From positions 682,001 through 746,000 of the forward strand of contig VRMN01000010.1 in the NCBI GenBank assembly GCA_008690995.1: a DNA stretch of 64,000 nt. The letters run 5' to 3'. How positions within the stretch are numbered: position 1 is the stretch's first letter; each line of letters starts with the position of its first letter. The position numbers and the translations under genes were made by a program. The notes under the pieces are model-generated. The model ran no database searches and had not been told where the DNA came from. It worked only from the letters and a program-made list of their open reading frames with translations. This document shows positions 12,701-24,410 of the stretch, piece by piece. Source of the DNA: Porphyridium purpureum (Eukaryota).

Positions 12701-15700
12701 CCGACAAGTTGTACCAGTGCGCTCCTTTTGATTTCGAATCGCCTGCCCTGCGGCAGGAATAAGCTTCGCAGCACCAGCATCAACATGATCTGTCGCTGCG
12801 ACTGGAGAGCTCACTCCAAACTGCGCGTCGGATGATCTCTTCAAGTTACTACCGCGTCCAGAGACGGCTTGCGTTCAAGGCACGTCATTTCGAGTTTTTC
12901 TTGGTTCCGAATGCTATTCGCGACGTGTTGATTGACAGCAGACGATTGTATGTCGGGTGGCGGCGGCGGAATCGACGTGCTTGGTATCAGCAGGTTTGAA
13001 AAGGGTTGAGTCGTTCGCTCCTCTCGGAGGCGCACGGGTCTTGCTGGTACACATTGTCATTCTACGGAAAGATCATGTTTTATAGGCAGCGGACAAAAGA
13101 GTGAAGAGTTCGCATTCCGGGCGTTGGGGTTTTGCTCGTACAATACTGGACGGACCAATCCTAGGTCGAAATTATATTCGCGCGGGCTGCTTGGTGTCCA
13201 GTATCTGAGCCTCACACATGCGCCACGACCGCGTGCGGTGACTTGTACGTGCTCATGCCATCAGTTCCTTGTACAGCCAAGACAAGCACCTGCGAGCGTA
13301 CCATTGGAAAAAGCGCGCTCCGTCCAGGAGGCGCAGGCCAAAGATTTCGTCAAGAGGATAAATTGAAATGTTTCTTCATCAAACTCGAAAAAGGTGCGAT
13401 TAACACGCGCCAACTAAGTAAACAGATCCTCTTTGCGCTTTCGTTTCAATCTGAAGCGGTCCTTCAGTATGATCATGTGGTACTCGACCTTTGCTTGCAC
13501 GTTCAATGGGTCAAATTTACTCAAGAAGTTTCGCAAGTCGGATGGCAGGGTGCTCTGCACCCAGTCTAAGTCATCCACGAGCTCCGCGGTGTTCATCAAA
13601 ATAGTCTCGGTACGGTCGATGCAGAACATGGCTAATTTGAGGTGGAAGGAGCGCTCCTCATGCGCCGTTGCGTATCGAAAGAAGACCTCTTTGAATTGGA
13701 CTCAAGGTGATGGTGAAGAATGCATTGTAGTTGGCGACCTGTCGAAGCCACACAGCCACGCTACCTCATTCAAGAGTGCACGAAAGGGGAGAACGAGTCG
13801 CGTTTTCCAATTGTTGAGTCAACAATGAAAAGGATCATATTTTCAAACGATTTCACGTCACAGAATCAAAGCACTTTTCTTTTCTGAAGCAATCAGAAAA
13901 GTGAAAGTTTCCGATTCCGAAAACAGTTGAAACCGTCAAGTGCTGAATACCTTGTGCAGGCAAGGAAATTGAAAGAGAACCTTTTCTGTAACGACAGTAA
14001 ACAAATGCGGTAGCGCCGAGCAATGAGCAAGTGGCGGACGCGCGCATCTGCCTGATGCACGTGTAGATACCCGCGACACGAAAGACTCAAACGCACAACT
14101 CGTTAGAGCTTGATGGTTGGCCTGCCTGCGGTCGGCCACGCCTCTCTGCCCCGGCGGGCTATAAAATGACCGCTGAAGTCAGCGTTTTGCTGAGAGGTGT
14201 GGGTACAAGAGAAAAGAGTGAAGAAAGGGAAGAAGAGGGAATACCTTTTCGATGATTTTCCAGCGAGTACGTATGTTACAGAGACACACATTTACTGGGC
14301 AGAAGCGAGATCAGTAGTGCGAGTCGATGACGGGCTTTTCAGGCCGTCGACGCTCAAGCCAACTTGCAACGAAGTCTCGCGGTGTTCACCAGCCTAACCG
14401 CTGCGCGCCATGTGCTAACATTAAGTACGCTAAATTTGGGGACCGTGAGTTCTAATCGCGGCTCACTTTTTACTCCATACCCCAGCTTTATGCGGTTCCC
14501 TTCGTGCGCTTATTTGTTGGCACCGCGCGCTGATGGACGAGCGCATTGCGAAGAACTGCATCTGTCCAGAAATGTGGTGGTTCCACTTGATTCGGAGAGA
14601 TAGCCGGATTATGCCGCCCGGCACTGATGCGCTGCGTTTGCCGCAGTAAGATTTAGAGCATGAGTTCTTGCCGGTAGCAGGTTGCTTGTCTGCTTTTACC
14701 TTTGTTCTGTACCCAAAAGCTGAGTCCGGAAGTTTCTAGCTATTGTGTTCGCTTCAGCTTTTATGCACCCCCGCTCCGGTCGAGGAAACCCGTTGCCTGG
14801 GGAAAAGCCTTTTACTCGGGCCCGTATTCAAACGTACGTGTGGGACTGTTTGCCTCCTCATTTCAGCCGTGTCATGCTTCAGACATTGTGCTCTTCCACG
14901 ACGAAACCGGGTCACTTTCGGGATGCGCGTGCCCATCTGGAAGGCCGCTGACACTTTGCCCACCGGCCGGGGAACAATTGCCGTGCTCTTTCGCTACCGC
15001 GAGCTGCGATAATGGATGATGCAGGTGTTCGGGCGGATGAGCCGCATTCGTCACAAGATCCTTCCTTGTTCTAGTCCTCTAATTCTTTGTGGAAGTCAGG
15101 CAATATGCGGCTATTATTTGGGTTTGAGATTCAGAAGCCACTACAAAGCGCAAGATGGAAATAGAAGACCAACGGCCGCCTGGTCAAGGGGGCCTTGTTG
15201 GCCTATTGAGAAGTTGCTCGTGCCTTCTCACACCCATTTATACCGAAGTTAATTCAATTTTGCACGCGCACATTGTATTTACTTTTCAGGCTTATCTTCA
15301 TTTTAGACCAGAACTAGATGCCAGACGGCGACGAGTGATACATTAAATACCAATCACCTGGTATTAAGTGCTGGGTAATTCTCTGGGTCCTGTAGATTCG
15401 TATGAAGATTTCAGACTGTCAAGTTAAAGCCAAGTGAAAGAGCAAAGCTGAGAATAAAGTGCCAATGCTCCGAAGGCTTTGCCGGTGTCTCAGGCCTGTG
15501 CATTTTGGCATGATGGTCTTACTTTTTGAGATTGGTTCGGGTCTCTCTCTTGGCAATTCTTTCTTCTTCGTCTCTATTAAAAGAGTCCTGGCTGGACCTC
15601 ATCATAAAGTCGACGTTTGCTGTGATCGTGCTGGGGGGAGTCCTGAAGCTTGTCACGCAAGAGCCGTTCTATAAGCTGTCTAAAGTACACAAAGTTGCTC

Positions 15701-16058
15701 TGGCATTTCCAATTGACGCTCTTCCTGTTACTTCTCTTGGCTCAATGAGAAAATCTTCTCTGGCCGGAAACAGGCATTTGAATGCTATGACACCAAGTCT
15801 TCAAAACAAATATGTACCGCGCGTGCAGTACTTTGAATGCGGGAGTTGAGCGTCCTGAAGGCGTTTTGGTGCTGCCTTGAAGAGTGCGACGTCGCCATGA
15901 ACCACAACATCAAAAGCACAAAGAATATTTAATTGCACGCTCATGGTGCGCCGATCATTCTGGTGTCCAGCAGTGGGACCTGACCCTTCCGGCGAGAATC
16001 CATGCACGCTGTCTTGGGGCACCGCCAGATTTGAATCTGGAGGAGGCGACGGGAAATG

Positions 16059-17402
16059 TTAGCTGCTCGTTCGACCCGCGTCACAGGAGCTCCGTTCGAG
16101 CGGGTGGCGCCGCGTTGCGCTGGAGGCATGTCTGACATGACTGTTGGCAATATAGCCAAATCGATCAAAGTATGGGCGCCAGCGCCTAGCAATGTCGGCA
16201 CGAAGCGACTCGGGAAGTGGTCTGTGCGTGTTTCGACGATACATCGCGAACGTCTTTCCTCGCAGAGCCTTTTTCAGCGCTTGGCGCATATTGACCGAAA
16301 GCTCCCAGCCGCAGCGCGCATAAATGTCGACTACAACTCCCTCCGGGTCCCGCGCAAGCTGCGCGTACGCAATCTCTACGGCGTGGCACTTTTCGGCCTG
16401 TGACGCCGCGTACTCGTTGTACAAAAGCTCAAACTGCGCAAAAATGAATTCACGCACTTCAGCCTCGCGGAGCACTTGCAAGGTTGTGAACCAGTACGTT
16501 GTGTCAGCCATATGTTCAGCGCTCGCATAGACCTCGTATGGATCACGATGCACGTAGCAAAACTGCGCATTGGGAAAAACGGAGCGCAGCACGGGCACGC
16601 GCGCTGTGTGACAAGGCGACTTGACGAGCAGCACACGGAGGTTTTCCGCACGTCGGGCATGAGAACCTTCGTCCACGTTGCGCATGATCTCGTCTCGCAC
16701 AAGAAGCTTGGAGATGAACAGCAGAAATGCGGCGCGCCATTGTGCAGCGTCAGTCGGATCCGCCTCACGCAGAGCAAAGAGCGATCGGAATTCGCGCTCA
16801 ATGCTCATGAAATAAAGTGTCCCTGTGTATGGGGAAACCCCGTCGGCTAGTAAAGACGTTGCCAGTTCATCTTCTCCGGGGAGATCAAATTCGAGCGGCA
16901 TATTGTCCATGGGACGCGTCGCGTCCAGCAGGCCTGCAAGCAGCCATTTACCAAGTCTCTCGAACACGAGAAACGAGCTCGGGAATCCGGCTGTAAATAT
17001 GGAGCAGTATGTAAATCTCTGCTCGTCGAGCGCAAGCAGATTGTGCAATAATGTCGTCCCCGTACGCGGGTGCCCCAGAATGAAGACCGGGCGAAGCTCT
17101 GCGGCATGCGACGTCAGCCAATGCTGCATCTCACGCACTCGGCGGCCGTACACAATCCACTCGATCACTGCCAGCACAGAGTTGAAGAATGCCATGACGG
17201 TCACGAAGAGTACGCGAAACCAGTACACTCTCCACTGTATCGAGCGCCCATGGCGTCTCAAGATCGATGCCCACTGTCCCAGCGTCACGCCTGACAGCGT
17301 GTTATTTTTGAGCGAGTAGACATGCTTGGGAGTAAATGGCACGGAGCAATCGTCCCTGCGTTCGGTATCATCGAATCCGCGCAAGTACGTCGCCGCAGCC
17401 AT
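16059..17402 (-). CDS. Sulfotransferase family protein (Sulfotransfer_3/Stf3-like)
   Basis: PAPS-binding motif PVFILGHPRTGTTLLHNLL, LVKSPCHTAR, YVHRDPYEV. The first ATG is at 17402. Confidence 0.88.
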   Translation of the reverse strand: MAAATYLRGFDDTERRDDCSVPFTPKHVYSLKNNTLSGVTLGQWASILRRHGRSIQWRVYWFRVLFVTVMAFFNSVLAVIEWIVYGRRVREMQHWLTSHAAELRPVFILGHPRTGTTLLHNLLALDEQRFTYCSIFTAGFPSSFLVFERLGKWLLAGLLDATRPMDNMPLEFDLPGEDELATSLLADGVSPYTGTLYFMSIEREFRSLFALREADPTDAAQWRAAFLLFISKLLVRDEIMRNVDEGSHARRAENLRVLLVKSPCHTARVPVLRSVFPNAQFCYVHRDPYEVYASAEHMADTTYWFTTLQVLREAEVREFIFAQFELLYNEYAASQAEKCHAVEIAYAQLARDPEGVVVDIYARCGWELSVNMRQALKKALRGKTFAMYRRNTHRPLPESLRADIARRWRPYFDRFGYIANSHVRHASSATRRHPLERSSCDAGRTSS

Positions 17403-17491
17403 CCTGTTCGCCCTTCGGCAGCGATCAGGGCGCGCTCTCGTCTGGCAGCCGGTCACTGACGCGACTGTACAACTACTGTACCGCACGCTTC

Positions 17492-19780
17492 TCACACGAG
17501 AGTGTGCGAGTCAGCCGCAGTTCCTGCGCCGCCAACGAGCTGGTTGTCTTCTAGCCAGAGCGCGTGGTCCTGTGCTCTGGAGCCGGGGCCGCCAGATGAT
17601 GAGACGACGGCGCTGTGATTCCCAGAAAACGCGACCTTTTCCAATAGGGACATCAGATTCCGCTCTGCTTTCAGCAAGGCCGCTTCCATCTGCCGAATAA
17701 TCGAGTCCTTGCTTGCAGACGCATCACTGACGAGCCTCTCGAGGTCGACAAGTTCCTCCTTCAAATCCTTGTTCTTGGTTCTTAGACGCTCTATTTCGGC
17801 CTCGAGCTCCTGAATGTGGGCCAGCGGGTCTAACACAGACGAACTTCCTTCGCCGTGATCTCCGCTACCGCGCATTGCCGCAAGCCTCAACTCGCGCTCC
17901 ACTTGGAGCTCTTGTGCGAGCTTCTCAGCCCGCTGGCGTGCCTCGTGATCTGGCGTGCGCAACTTGAATACCATTGTGATTCCACCGGACTCGCGCGCCT
18001 GCTTGACCGCCATTTCAGCTTGTGCTATCTCGTCAACGTACTCATACGGTTCAAAGCCGAGTAAATCTGCAGGATCGTTTGCAAGCTCTTTGCCCGTATC
18101 TCCCGTGATAAACGCCCAAATACGACTGAAAGGCCCAGTCCTGCTGTGTCCTTGTTCAGGCTCCGGCGAATCAGGTTCATTCGACACAGGGTCCACATCA
18201 CTAGCCTGACAATTACGCTGGGGTTTGGCCCTCTGCATGCCGCCATGCACCTTCTCTGCAACGCTTTCAATCTCGCTCAAAATACTTTCTTCCTCACTCA
18301 TCAAGAAAGCGCGTGCAGGCAGAGGCTTCGGTCGCGGACGCTTGCTTTTATCCTGCCGCTTGTCTCTTTTCAGTGCTCTGCCTTTCGAGCGCCTGTCTTG
18401 TGAATCGCTGGCACCCACGTCACCTACGTCCAGATCGGTTGTGTCTCGATCGGCGTCACTGCGATACATATGTTCATGTACTGGTTCCGACAAACTGTTA
18501 AAGGACCCAGCTTCCATTCCCAAACCATGGCCGCTTGCATGCTCTGCTGGAATCATCAGGCCGCTCGACTTTGCGGCCTCACCGCAATTGGAACATCTAA
18601 ACGGGGCAGTTTCCTCTTGCGGACTGATTTTGCAGGACGACAATGCCATGATTTCGAGTAACCAGCGCATTTGGCGGGCAGACACGCAGAAATCCGGATC
18701 GTCGATTTCGAGTGCTGCCTCACAGGCCACCGCTTCTTCACTATTGCCTTCAGAACCTGCGCTCTGATCACCAGATGCGCTTAGCAAGACTTTCAAAGTA
18801 AGCCCCAGTCCATTAATGATTGGAAATTCTGTCTCAAACATGTTCAAGAACAGCTCGCTGACTGCGTGGGCGCCGCCGCGACTGGCCAGTCTGCTTTCGA
18901 CCATTTGTGGCTGGCGCGGGATAAAAGCAACTGTAAGACCTTGAATGGAGAAAAGCTTGCGCATAACAACAATGTCCACACTGCTTGGATCTATTTGATT
19001 GAAGCACTTATGCCAGTCCGCATCCGCACTGTTTGCGAGAATTGACGCGCACGACACCCATCCTCGACATTCCGAGTCTGAGTACTCGAGTTTGAGACTA
19101 TTCACTTCGAGCTCAATATTGAAAACAAGTCGTCCGAGCATAGTTTTGTACCAGCTGAAGTATGACAGTGGGTCAAAGTCTCGCGCTTTCTCTGCTCGTG
19201 TGCCATCAGATGCCGCCTGGCCGAATGTTGTACCGCCAGTCGCTGGACTCATGCTAGCGCCTCCATTCGCGAGAAAGTGCTGGAGCTCAGTGCCAGGGAT
19301 AGAGGAGCTGTTGCTTGTTTCAGATCTCTGCGGCGGCTTCTTCGAGCTCTTACCGCTTTTCGAGCTACTTTTCCTGCTCTTGGACTTTGAGCTCGCCAAT
19401 TTGCTGCTGCCAGACTTTCGCAGCTGCGAATCCTCATCTATGGATGCGCGGTGACCGGTCGCATCCGGAAATTCGGAAGAAGCACTTGCATTATCGCTCA
19501 GCGTAGCGAGCATATGCACATTTTCCAGGTACACCTTGACGGGCGAAGACGTGAGCGCGCTCCACGGCACGTGTATTCGTAGCCTGCCGACCGACGCGCG
19601 CAGGATGCTAAGGGGTGCGCGTGCCTCACGCAGCAGCTTATTTATGGCGTCGACGCGCAGCTCGGCATTATCGAGCACCAGCTGCCCGCCGCCAATGCCC
19701 AAGCGCACATCGGACGTGCGCGACTGCACGTACTCCTGCGTCAGCTGCTGCAGCCACGCCGCAAGCGTCCCGTCAAACAT
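17492..19780 (-). CDS. Chorein-N (VPS13/BLTP-like) domain protein with C-terminal coiled coil
   Basis: N-terminus MFDGTLAAWLQQLTQEYV...GQLVLDNAELR...VGRLRIHVPWSALTSSPVKVYLENV is a typical Chorein_N; heptad-rich C-terminus. Confidence 0.8.
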   Translation of the reverse strand: MFDGTLAAWLQQLTQEYVQSRTSDVRLGIGGGQLVLDNAELRVDAINKLLREARAPLSILRASVGRLRIHVPWSALTSSPVKVYLENVHMLATLSDNASASSEFPDATGHRASIDEDSQLRKSGSSKLASSKSKSRKSSSKSGKSSKKPPQRSETSNSSSIPGTELQHFLANGGASMSPATGGTTFGQAASDGTRAEKARDFDPLSYFSWYKTMLGRLVFNIELEVNSLKLEYSDSECRGWVSCASILANSADADWHKCFNQIDPSSVDIVVMRKLFSIQGLTVAFIPRQPQMVESRLASRGGAHAVSELFLNMFETEFPIINGLGLTLKVLLSASGDQSAGSEGNSEEAVACEAALEIDDPDFCVSARQMRWLLEIMALSSCKISPQEETAPFRCSNCGEAAKSSGLMIPAEHASGHGLGMEAGSFNSLSEPVHEHMYRSDADRDTTDLDVGDVGASDSQDRRSKGRALKRDKRQDKSKRPRPKPLPARAFLMSEEESILSEIESVAEKVHGGMQRAKPQRNCQASDVDPVSNEPDSPEPEQGHSRTGPFSRIWAFITGDTGKELANDPADLLGFEPYEYVDEIAQAEMAVKQARESGGITMVFKLRTPDHEARQRAEKLAQELQVERELRLAAMRGSGDHGEGSSSVLDPLAHIQELEAEIERLRTKNKDLKEELVDLERLVSDASASKDSIIRQMEAALLKAERNLMSLLEKVAFSGNHSAVVSSSGGPGSRAQDHALWLEDNQLVGGAGTAADSHTLV

Positions 19781-20078
19781 GGCAGCGCGCGGCGAGCAGC
19801 AGAGCAATAAAGCCAGCAACCTCGGTTCTGCGAGCGCGGCTGGCTGCCACTCTCGCGCAAGCCCGCGTCACTAGCGAAAGACTCCAGCGCGGCTGTGAGG
19901 TGTGCAGGGCGGGACCACCACCCGTGCGCGCCGTGACGCGAGAGCGAAAGGAGCCAGCGGCGCTCACTAGTAAAACGGGCCCATTGAATCAGGGAAAACT
20001 GTACTTCGCGTGTACCCCTGGTATGGCAACTCGAGCGCGCAGGCGTGTGGTGGCGTCTCGCGCGCGGACGACAGTGCA

Positions 20079-21569
20079 ATGGGCGACACACCGGGCGCGC
20101 ACACGGGCACGCTGGCCCTGGGATTCTCGAGCTTTGCGGTCTGCGTGGCGAGCATTCTGGGGACGGGGATTCTGGCCTTTCCAGATGCGCTGTACGCCTG
20201 TCCTGCGCCGGCGGTCGGCGCGCTTGGCGCGTCCTCCACTTTTGCTCAGGTCGGCGCTGTCATCATCATGATCGAGCTGATTCAGTGCGCCGCTGCGTGG
20301 ATGCCAGTGACAGAGCGAGCAAAGCTGCATTCAGCCAGCGCGGAAGCAGAACGTGGCTCTTTGGTATCCAAGGACATTGGCTCGGTCGAAACGCCGCGTT
20401 CTACAGACGACGCGCCTCTTCCGGAGCCTTCGTTGTACGAGCTGGCCGAACTCTTCCTTACTTCACCATGGCTCAAAGCCCTGTTCTACGCGATGATTCA
20501 GATGCATTTTGTTGCCACGATTGTGTCTTACGGGCTCGCCGCTCCGCAGGCATACCGCGAACTGCTGAGGCATATCTTTCCGGCAGCGTTCGCTTTGGAC
20601 CAGCCTCTGTCCTGGTGGCAGTCGTCTGGTATGGCCTTTAGCTTTTCCTTTTTTATGTCCGCATGTGTTCTCACATTCTTGCACGGTTGGCAGCGCGCGC
20701 TGTCGACCATGAGTGCCGTCAAAGCCGTTCTACTTCTATGCGTAGTTGCGATGATCGGGATTTTGTGGAACAAGGCAGCGGCAGTCGACAGCCTGAGTAG
20801 TGATCTGGGCCAGCAAGAGTCAATGCAGTCATGCGGAGAAGTTTTCTTACTTTGGACCATATCAGTTGGAGGCAGCGTCAATGCGTTGCCCGTTCTGTAT
20901 TCCTGGGTGCTTCTCGAAAAGGGTGTTGTGGACGAGGCTGACCTTTCCACCATTCGTCGCGCTGCACTGTTTGCTGTCGTATTCTGTGCCTTACTGGTGG
21001 CATTTTACGCCTGTGCAGTTTTCTATCTCGTCGGACCTGTTGAGCTCAAGCTTGCGCACGACGCGGGCGAAATGAGCACGGTCCTGCTCATGCGGAGCCT
21101 CATGCGCCTCAATGGGCGGACAGGTGTCCTGGCTTTGAAAATCATGGTCGACTTTTTCGTCGCTGCTTCAGTTACCGTTTCGTTCATTCTCATGGCTGTG
21201 GCCATGCGCCATTTTTTGCACGCAGCCAGCATTGCGCTCGCCAAGCACATAAGCAGCAATGGCAGAAATATTCTGTCATGGCTGGCCGAACCACTTATGT
21301 ATGTGGTTTGGTTTGGCCTCATCTGCGTGCTTGTTATTCTCAACCCTCGCGGGTTTCTGCGTGCTCTGGAAGTCTTTGCGTCTATGGCATTGAATATGCA
21401 GACGGGTGTGTTCCTGGCCTGGATGCTGTGGTGTGCACGTGCTCAGAATTTGGTTTCGACAATAGCCAATTCCATGGGCCGTGCCACGGCGTGGTTCTGG
21501 ATCTCCATAGTGGGCATTTATTACGCCATTGCAGTTTTGTACGACATTGTCTTCTCCATAACATCATGA
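20079..21569 (+). CDS. Amino-acid transporter-like multi-pass membrane protein (APC/AAAP-like)
   Basis: ASILGTGILAFP TM1 motif and about 11 hydrophobic segments. Confidence 0.75.
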   Translation: MGDTPGAHTGTLALGFSSFAVCVASILGTGILAFPDALYACPAPAVGALGASSTFAQVGAVIIMIELIQCAAAWMPVTERAKLHSASAEAERGSLVSKDIGSVETPRSTDDAPLPEPSLYELAELFLTSPWLKALFYAMIQMHFVATIVSYGLAAPQAYRELLRHIFPAAFALDQPLSWWQSSGMAFSFSFFMSACVLTFLHGWQRALSTMSAVKAVLLLCVVAMIGILWNKAAAVDSLSSDLGQQESMQSCGEVFLLWTISVGGSVNALPVLYSWVLLEKGVVDEADLSTIRRAALFAVVFCALLVAFYACAVFYLVGPVELKLAHDAGEMSTVLLMRSLMRLNGRTGVLALKIMVDFFVAASVTVSFILMAVAMRHFLHAASIALAKHISSNGRNILSWLAEPLMYVVWFGLICVLVILNPRGFLRALEVFASMALNMQTGVFLAWMLWCARAQNLVSTIANSMGRATAWFWISIVGIYYAIAVLYDIVFSITS

Positions 21570-22265
21570 TACGAGCAGTTGGTTTCGTGATTTTTAGCTT
21601 CGTATGTGCTCGCACATGCATTAATTTGCATGTTCGCCTGCCTGAGTGTGTGAATGTCTCAGAACTTGTGCGTGGCATGGCGTCATCTCCCGGTCAAGGC
21701 GCCGAGGAGTTGCTACCGCACCCCGCGCATGTACAAGCAAACCGGTTCATTGAAAAAGCGAGAATAAGGGGCCAATATGGCCAGCGCGAGTGGCGTAACG
21801 CTTCGTCCTGGGGTCAGAAATAGGCTTGTGGAGCCGGTAATAGCACTGCTTGGGTCATTCAATGGTCTTGTTAAGGGTACGGCGGCACAGCAAGTGGGTC
21901 GTTGCGGACCCTGCTTGATTTTTGCAACCATAAAGCGCCAAGTTTTTCGGTGGTCAGCTCTGAGCTCTACCCGCGTGTAGCTGAAGGGCAAAGGATACAG
22001 TGATGATATTGTCTTAATCCCTGATTGCTCCAATCAGTGGGAAAAGAACAATTGTTGCACCGACAGGCAACAACCATGATTTCCTACTATTTTTTTCAGC
22101 TCCGTCGGTCCCTTGAGCTTCTTCAGATTTTCGACTTTCTCGATTTTTAGGGACTTAGTAGACGGTCATGGTCCTTCAAAAGCTTGACATTGTTGTCGGT
22201 GAAGAAATTTGGATCTCGACGCAAAAGTACACCACTCCTTTGAATGCCGCTGATGTCTTGTCTCT

Positions 22266-24095
22266 TTATTTTCCGTCACTGGCTTCAGGCTCGGATCCGG
22301 ACCCGGATTCAGACTCTGACTCTTCGCCTTCACCTTCGCTTTCAGCATCGCCTTCATTCACCTTAAATTCAGCCGATATGTCCCATCGACTACCTGGCGC
22401 TCCTGCAGATACATACTTGATAAAGCGCATGACACCCGGGTCCCGAGCAACAAGTGTGAGCGTGTTGAAGCTAGCTTGGAAACTGGCAAGCGGTCCCTCG
22501 TCATCCTCATCCGCGCGATAAACCGCAGAGGCTTCCGCTGCGCTATCTTCGTCCTGTTCAATGTAGCAGTCAAAGCCACCCATATCGCCGTCGTCCCACT
22601 TTGCCACGCTGAGCTTATCTCTACAGTCTGCAAAACAAAAGGTCGCATCAAGACGAACTTCTGTGGTGATGCCTCCTACATGCGCGACAGTGTAGTCAAG
22701 CCCTGGCCGGAAACGCCGGACGGCAGACTGTGCCTCAAGAGGCTCCATGCCTGTGATGACCGCAAGGAAAACAGCAAAGGCAGGGCTCATGACCAGCTCG
22801 GAGCGAATTTGCTCTAACAGACTGGCGGCCTCATCAAGCTCGACGCCTGTTGTCGTTTCGAGTCGCAAGTACCTCTGCATGTGTGGAGGGCCGATCAACT
22901 GCCAACACGAGCCGGGCTTCTCACCTGGCATTCCAGCTTTATAAGATGGGACTTGGAAATTCCCCAGCTTATCTCTTTCATCACATTGCACAAGCAACGC
23001 CTCAAGCCGATGCGCAATGTCTGGAAGCAGAACCGAGTGCAGCTCCATCATGTACTCGTCTTCAAACTTTTCACGTAGATTGTTAACGCTTTGCTTGTCA
23101 AGATACACGGGATTTATCCACTTGATGAGTGTTTCACGCACGCTCTCGATGGCCAGCCAAGAAGCATCCCACACCGTGGACTCCTGCTTGTCTCTTTTCA
23201 AATCATCCGTTGGCCTGCACGGAAGTGCTACACATGTAAACTTTGCATCGCCCTCACGACCGCTCCGCTCCGCGAGCAACTGCGCGACGGTGCTGTACTG
23301 TTCGGCATCTTTGGGCGGTGCGTCCGCGTGATACCAGCCTTGAATGCTTATTCTAGGTTTTGTAGGTGCAAAAACTTCTTGCACAGAGTGAAAGCTTTGG
23401 CCAGGCTGAACAGGGAAAAGCGCAAGCGTGTTGTACTTTGGAAGCACGGATGTACTCGGAACCGAGTGCGGAATGCGCCCTCCTGTTTCAGGATCAGGGC
23501 TCGAGTCGTAGAGCTCCAGATTCCCGCCGTCCTCGCTCGTCCATGTGTCATCTGGGTCGTGCAAGTAAATGATGTATGAAATTGCGCGAGTGCCAATAAC
23601 GTCGTCATGGCACAAGAGGTGGCAACCCTGAACGTACGCATTCACAGCACAGTCTGTCTTTTCGTTCAATTTCTGTGTGCAGCCCGTAATACGTTCAATC
23701 ATGGCCCGAAACCGCTCCGAATACAATTCATCTCTCAGTGCCAACAGATTCTCCAGCTCCGGATGCGAGTCGCGCGTGAAGTTTGCAAGGTCGTTGGTCT
23801 GGAACACCTTGAACAGATCGGTTTCCTTGAAATCGCTCTTCATGGAGGTCTTGATCTCTTCAAAGATGGCACGTGCATGCTGTGGGTTGCATAGTGGGTC
23901 CAGAACGGCGTGCGGATACGGCGTTGCATTCTTGAGTTCCTGCTCCAGCCGCACGGCGCTCTCCTCCTCAAACCAGGCGTTGCGCAGCACGTTCCCCGGC
24001 ACCTTGCCCAGCGGCTCCCGTGCCGGCGCCGCCTCATGCCCGCGTTTTCTCTTGCGAATGCCTTTCGACGGCCCGCTTCCAGAGCGCTTGCCCAT
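22266..24095 (-). CDS. OGFOD1: uS12 prolyl 3-hydroxylase OGFOD1/Tpa1 (2OG-Fe(II) oxygenase)
   Basis: KETDLFKV, LLCHDDVIGTRAISYIIYL, SFHSVQEV, RISIQGWYH, second domain RRFRPGLDYT, FIKYVS...SRWDI. Confidence 0.92.
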   Translation of the reverse strand: MGKRSGSGPSKGIRKRKRGHEAAPAREPLGKVPGNVLRNAWFEEESAVRLEQELKNATPYPHAVLDPLCNPQHARAIFEEIKTSMKSDFKETDLFKVFQTNDLANFTRDSHPELENLLALRDELYSERFRAMIERITGCTQKLNEKTDCAVNAYVQGCHLLCHDDVIGTRAISYIIYLHDPDDTWTSEDGGNLELYDSSPDPETGGRIPHSVPSTSVLPKYNTLALFPVQPGQSFHSVQEVFAPTKPRISIQGWYHADAPPKDAEQYSTVAQLLAERSGREGDAKFTCVALPCRPTDDLKRDKQESTVWDASWLAIESVRETLIKWINPVYLDKQSVNNLREKFEDEYMMELHSVLLPDIAHRLEALLVQCDERDKLGNFQVPSYKAGMPGEKPGSCWQLIGPPHMQRYLRLETTTGVELDEAASLLEQIRSELVMSPAFAVFLAVITGMEPLEAQSAVRRFRPGLDYTVAHVGGITTEVRLDATFCFADCRDKLSVAKWDDGDMGGFDCYIEQDEDSAAEASAVYRADEDDEGPLASFQASFNTLTLVARDPGVMRFIKYVSAGAPGSRWDISAEFKVNEGDAESEGEGEESESESGSGSEPEASDGK

Positions 24096-24343
24096 CGTGT
24101 CCTGCGCTTGCACTGCCGCACAACCCCGGCCTCCCCAGGCAACCGATCACACGCGGCCGTCGCCCACGCCCCCCGTGCTGCGGCGTGCGCAGCCGCGTTG
24201 CAAACGGTTCAATTGCGAAATCGACTCGCGAGATACGAGCCGTTAAACCGTTTGTGAGGCGAGGTTTGGGGCGACGCCGTGCGGGATGTTTTGTGCTGGG
24301 CAGTAGAACGCGATAAAGGATTCGGGGGAGAGCGTCACGCGGC

Positions 24344-24344
<1 letters not shown>

Positions 24345-24388
<44 letters not shown>
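24345..24388. repeat. (AGC)14 microsatellite in a divergent promoter/5' UTR
   Basis: Perfect trinucleotide run ending 22 nt before ATG 24411. Confidence 0.95.
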
Positions 24389-24389
<1 letters not shown>

Positions 24390-24410
24390 GGCCGCACACT
24401 GACAGGCACA

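Noticed and set aside
13243..14100. Possible TnpB/Fanzor remnant (IVVGDLS...KG)
   Set aside because: No RuvC-I, DE..TS, zinc-finger or RD.NA motifs found, and the minus strand looks at least as coding-like.
14600..16020. Short ORFs left of the sulfotransferase
   Set aside because: No recognisable motifs; probably decayed repeat or pseudogene sequence.
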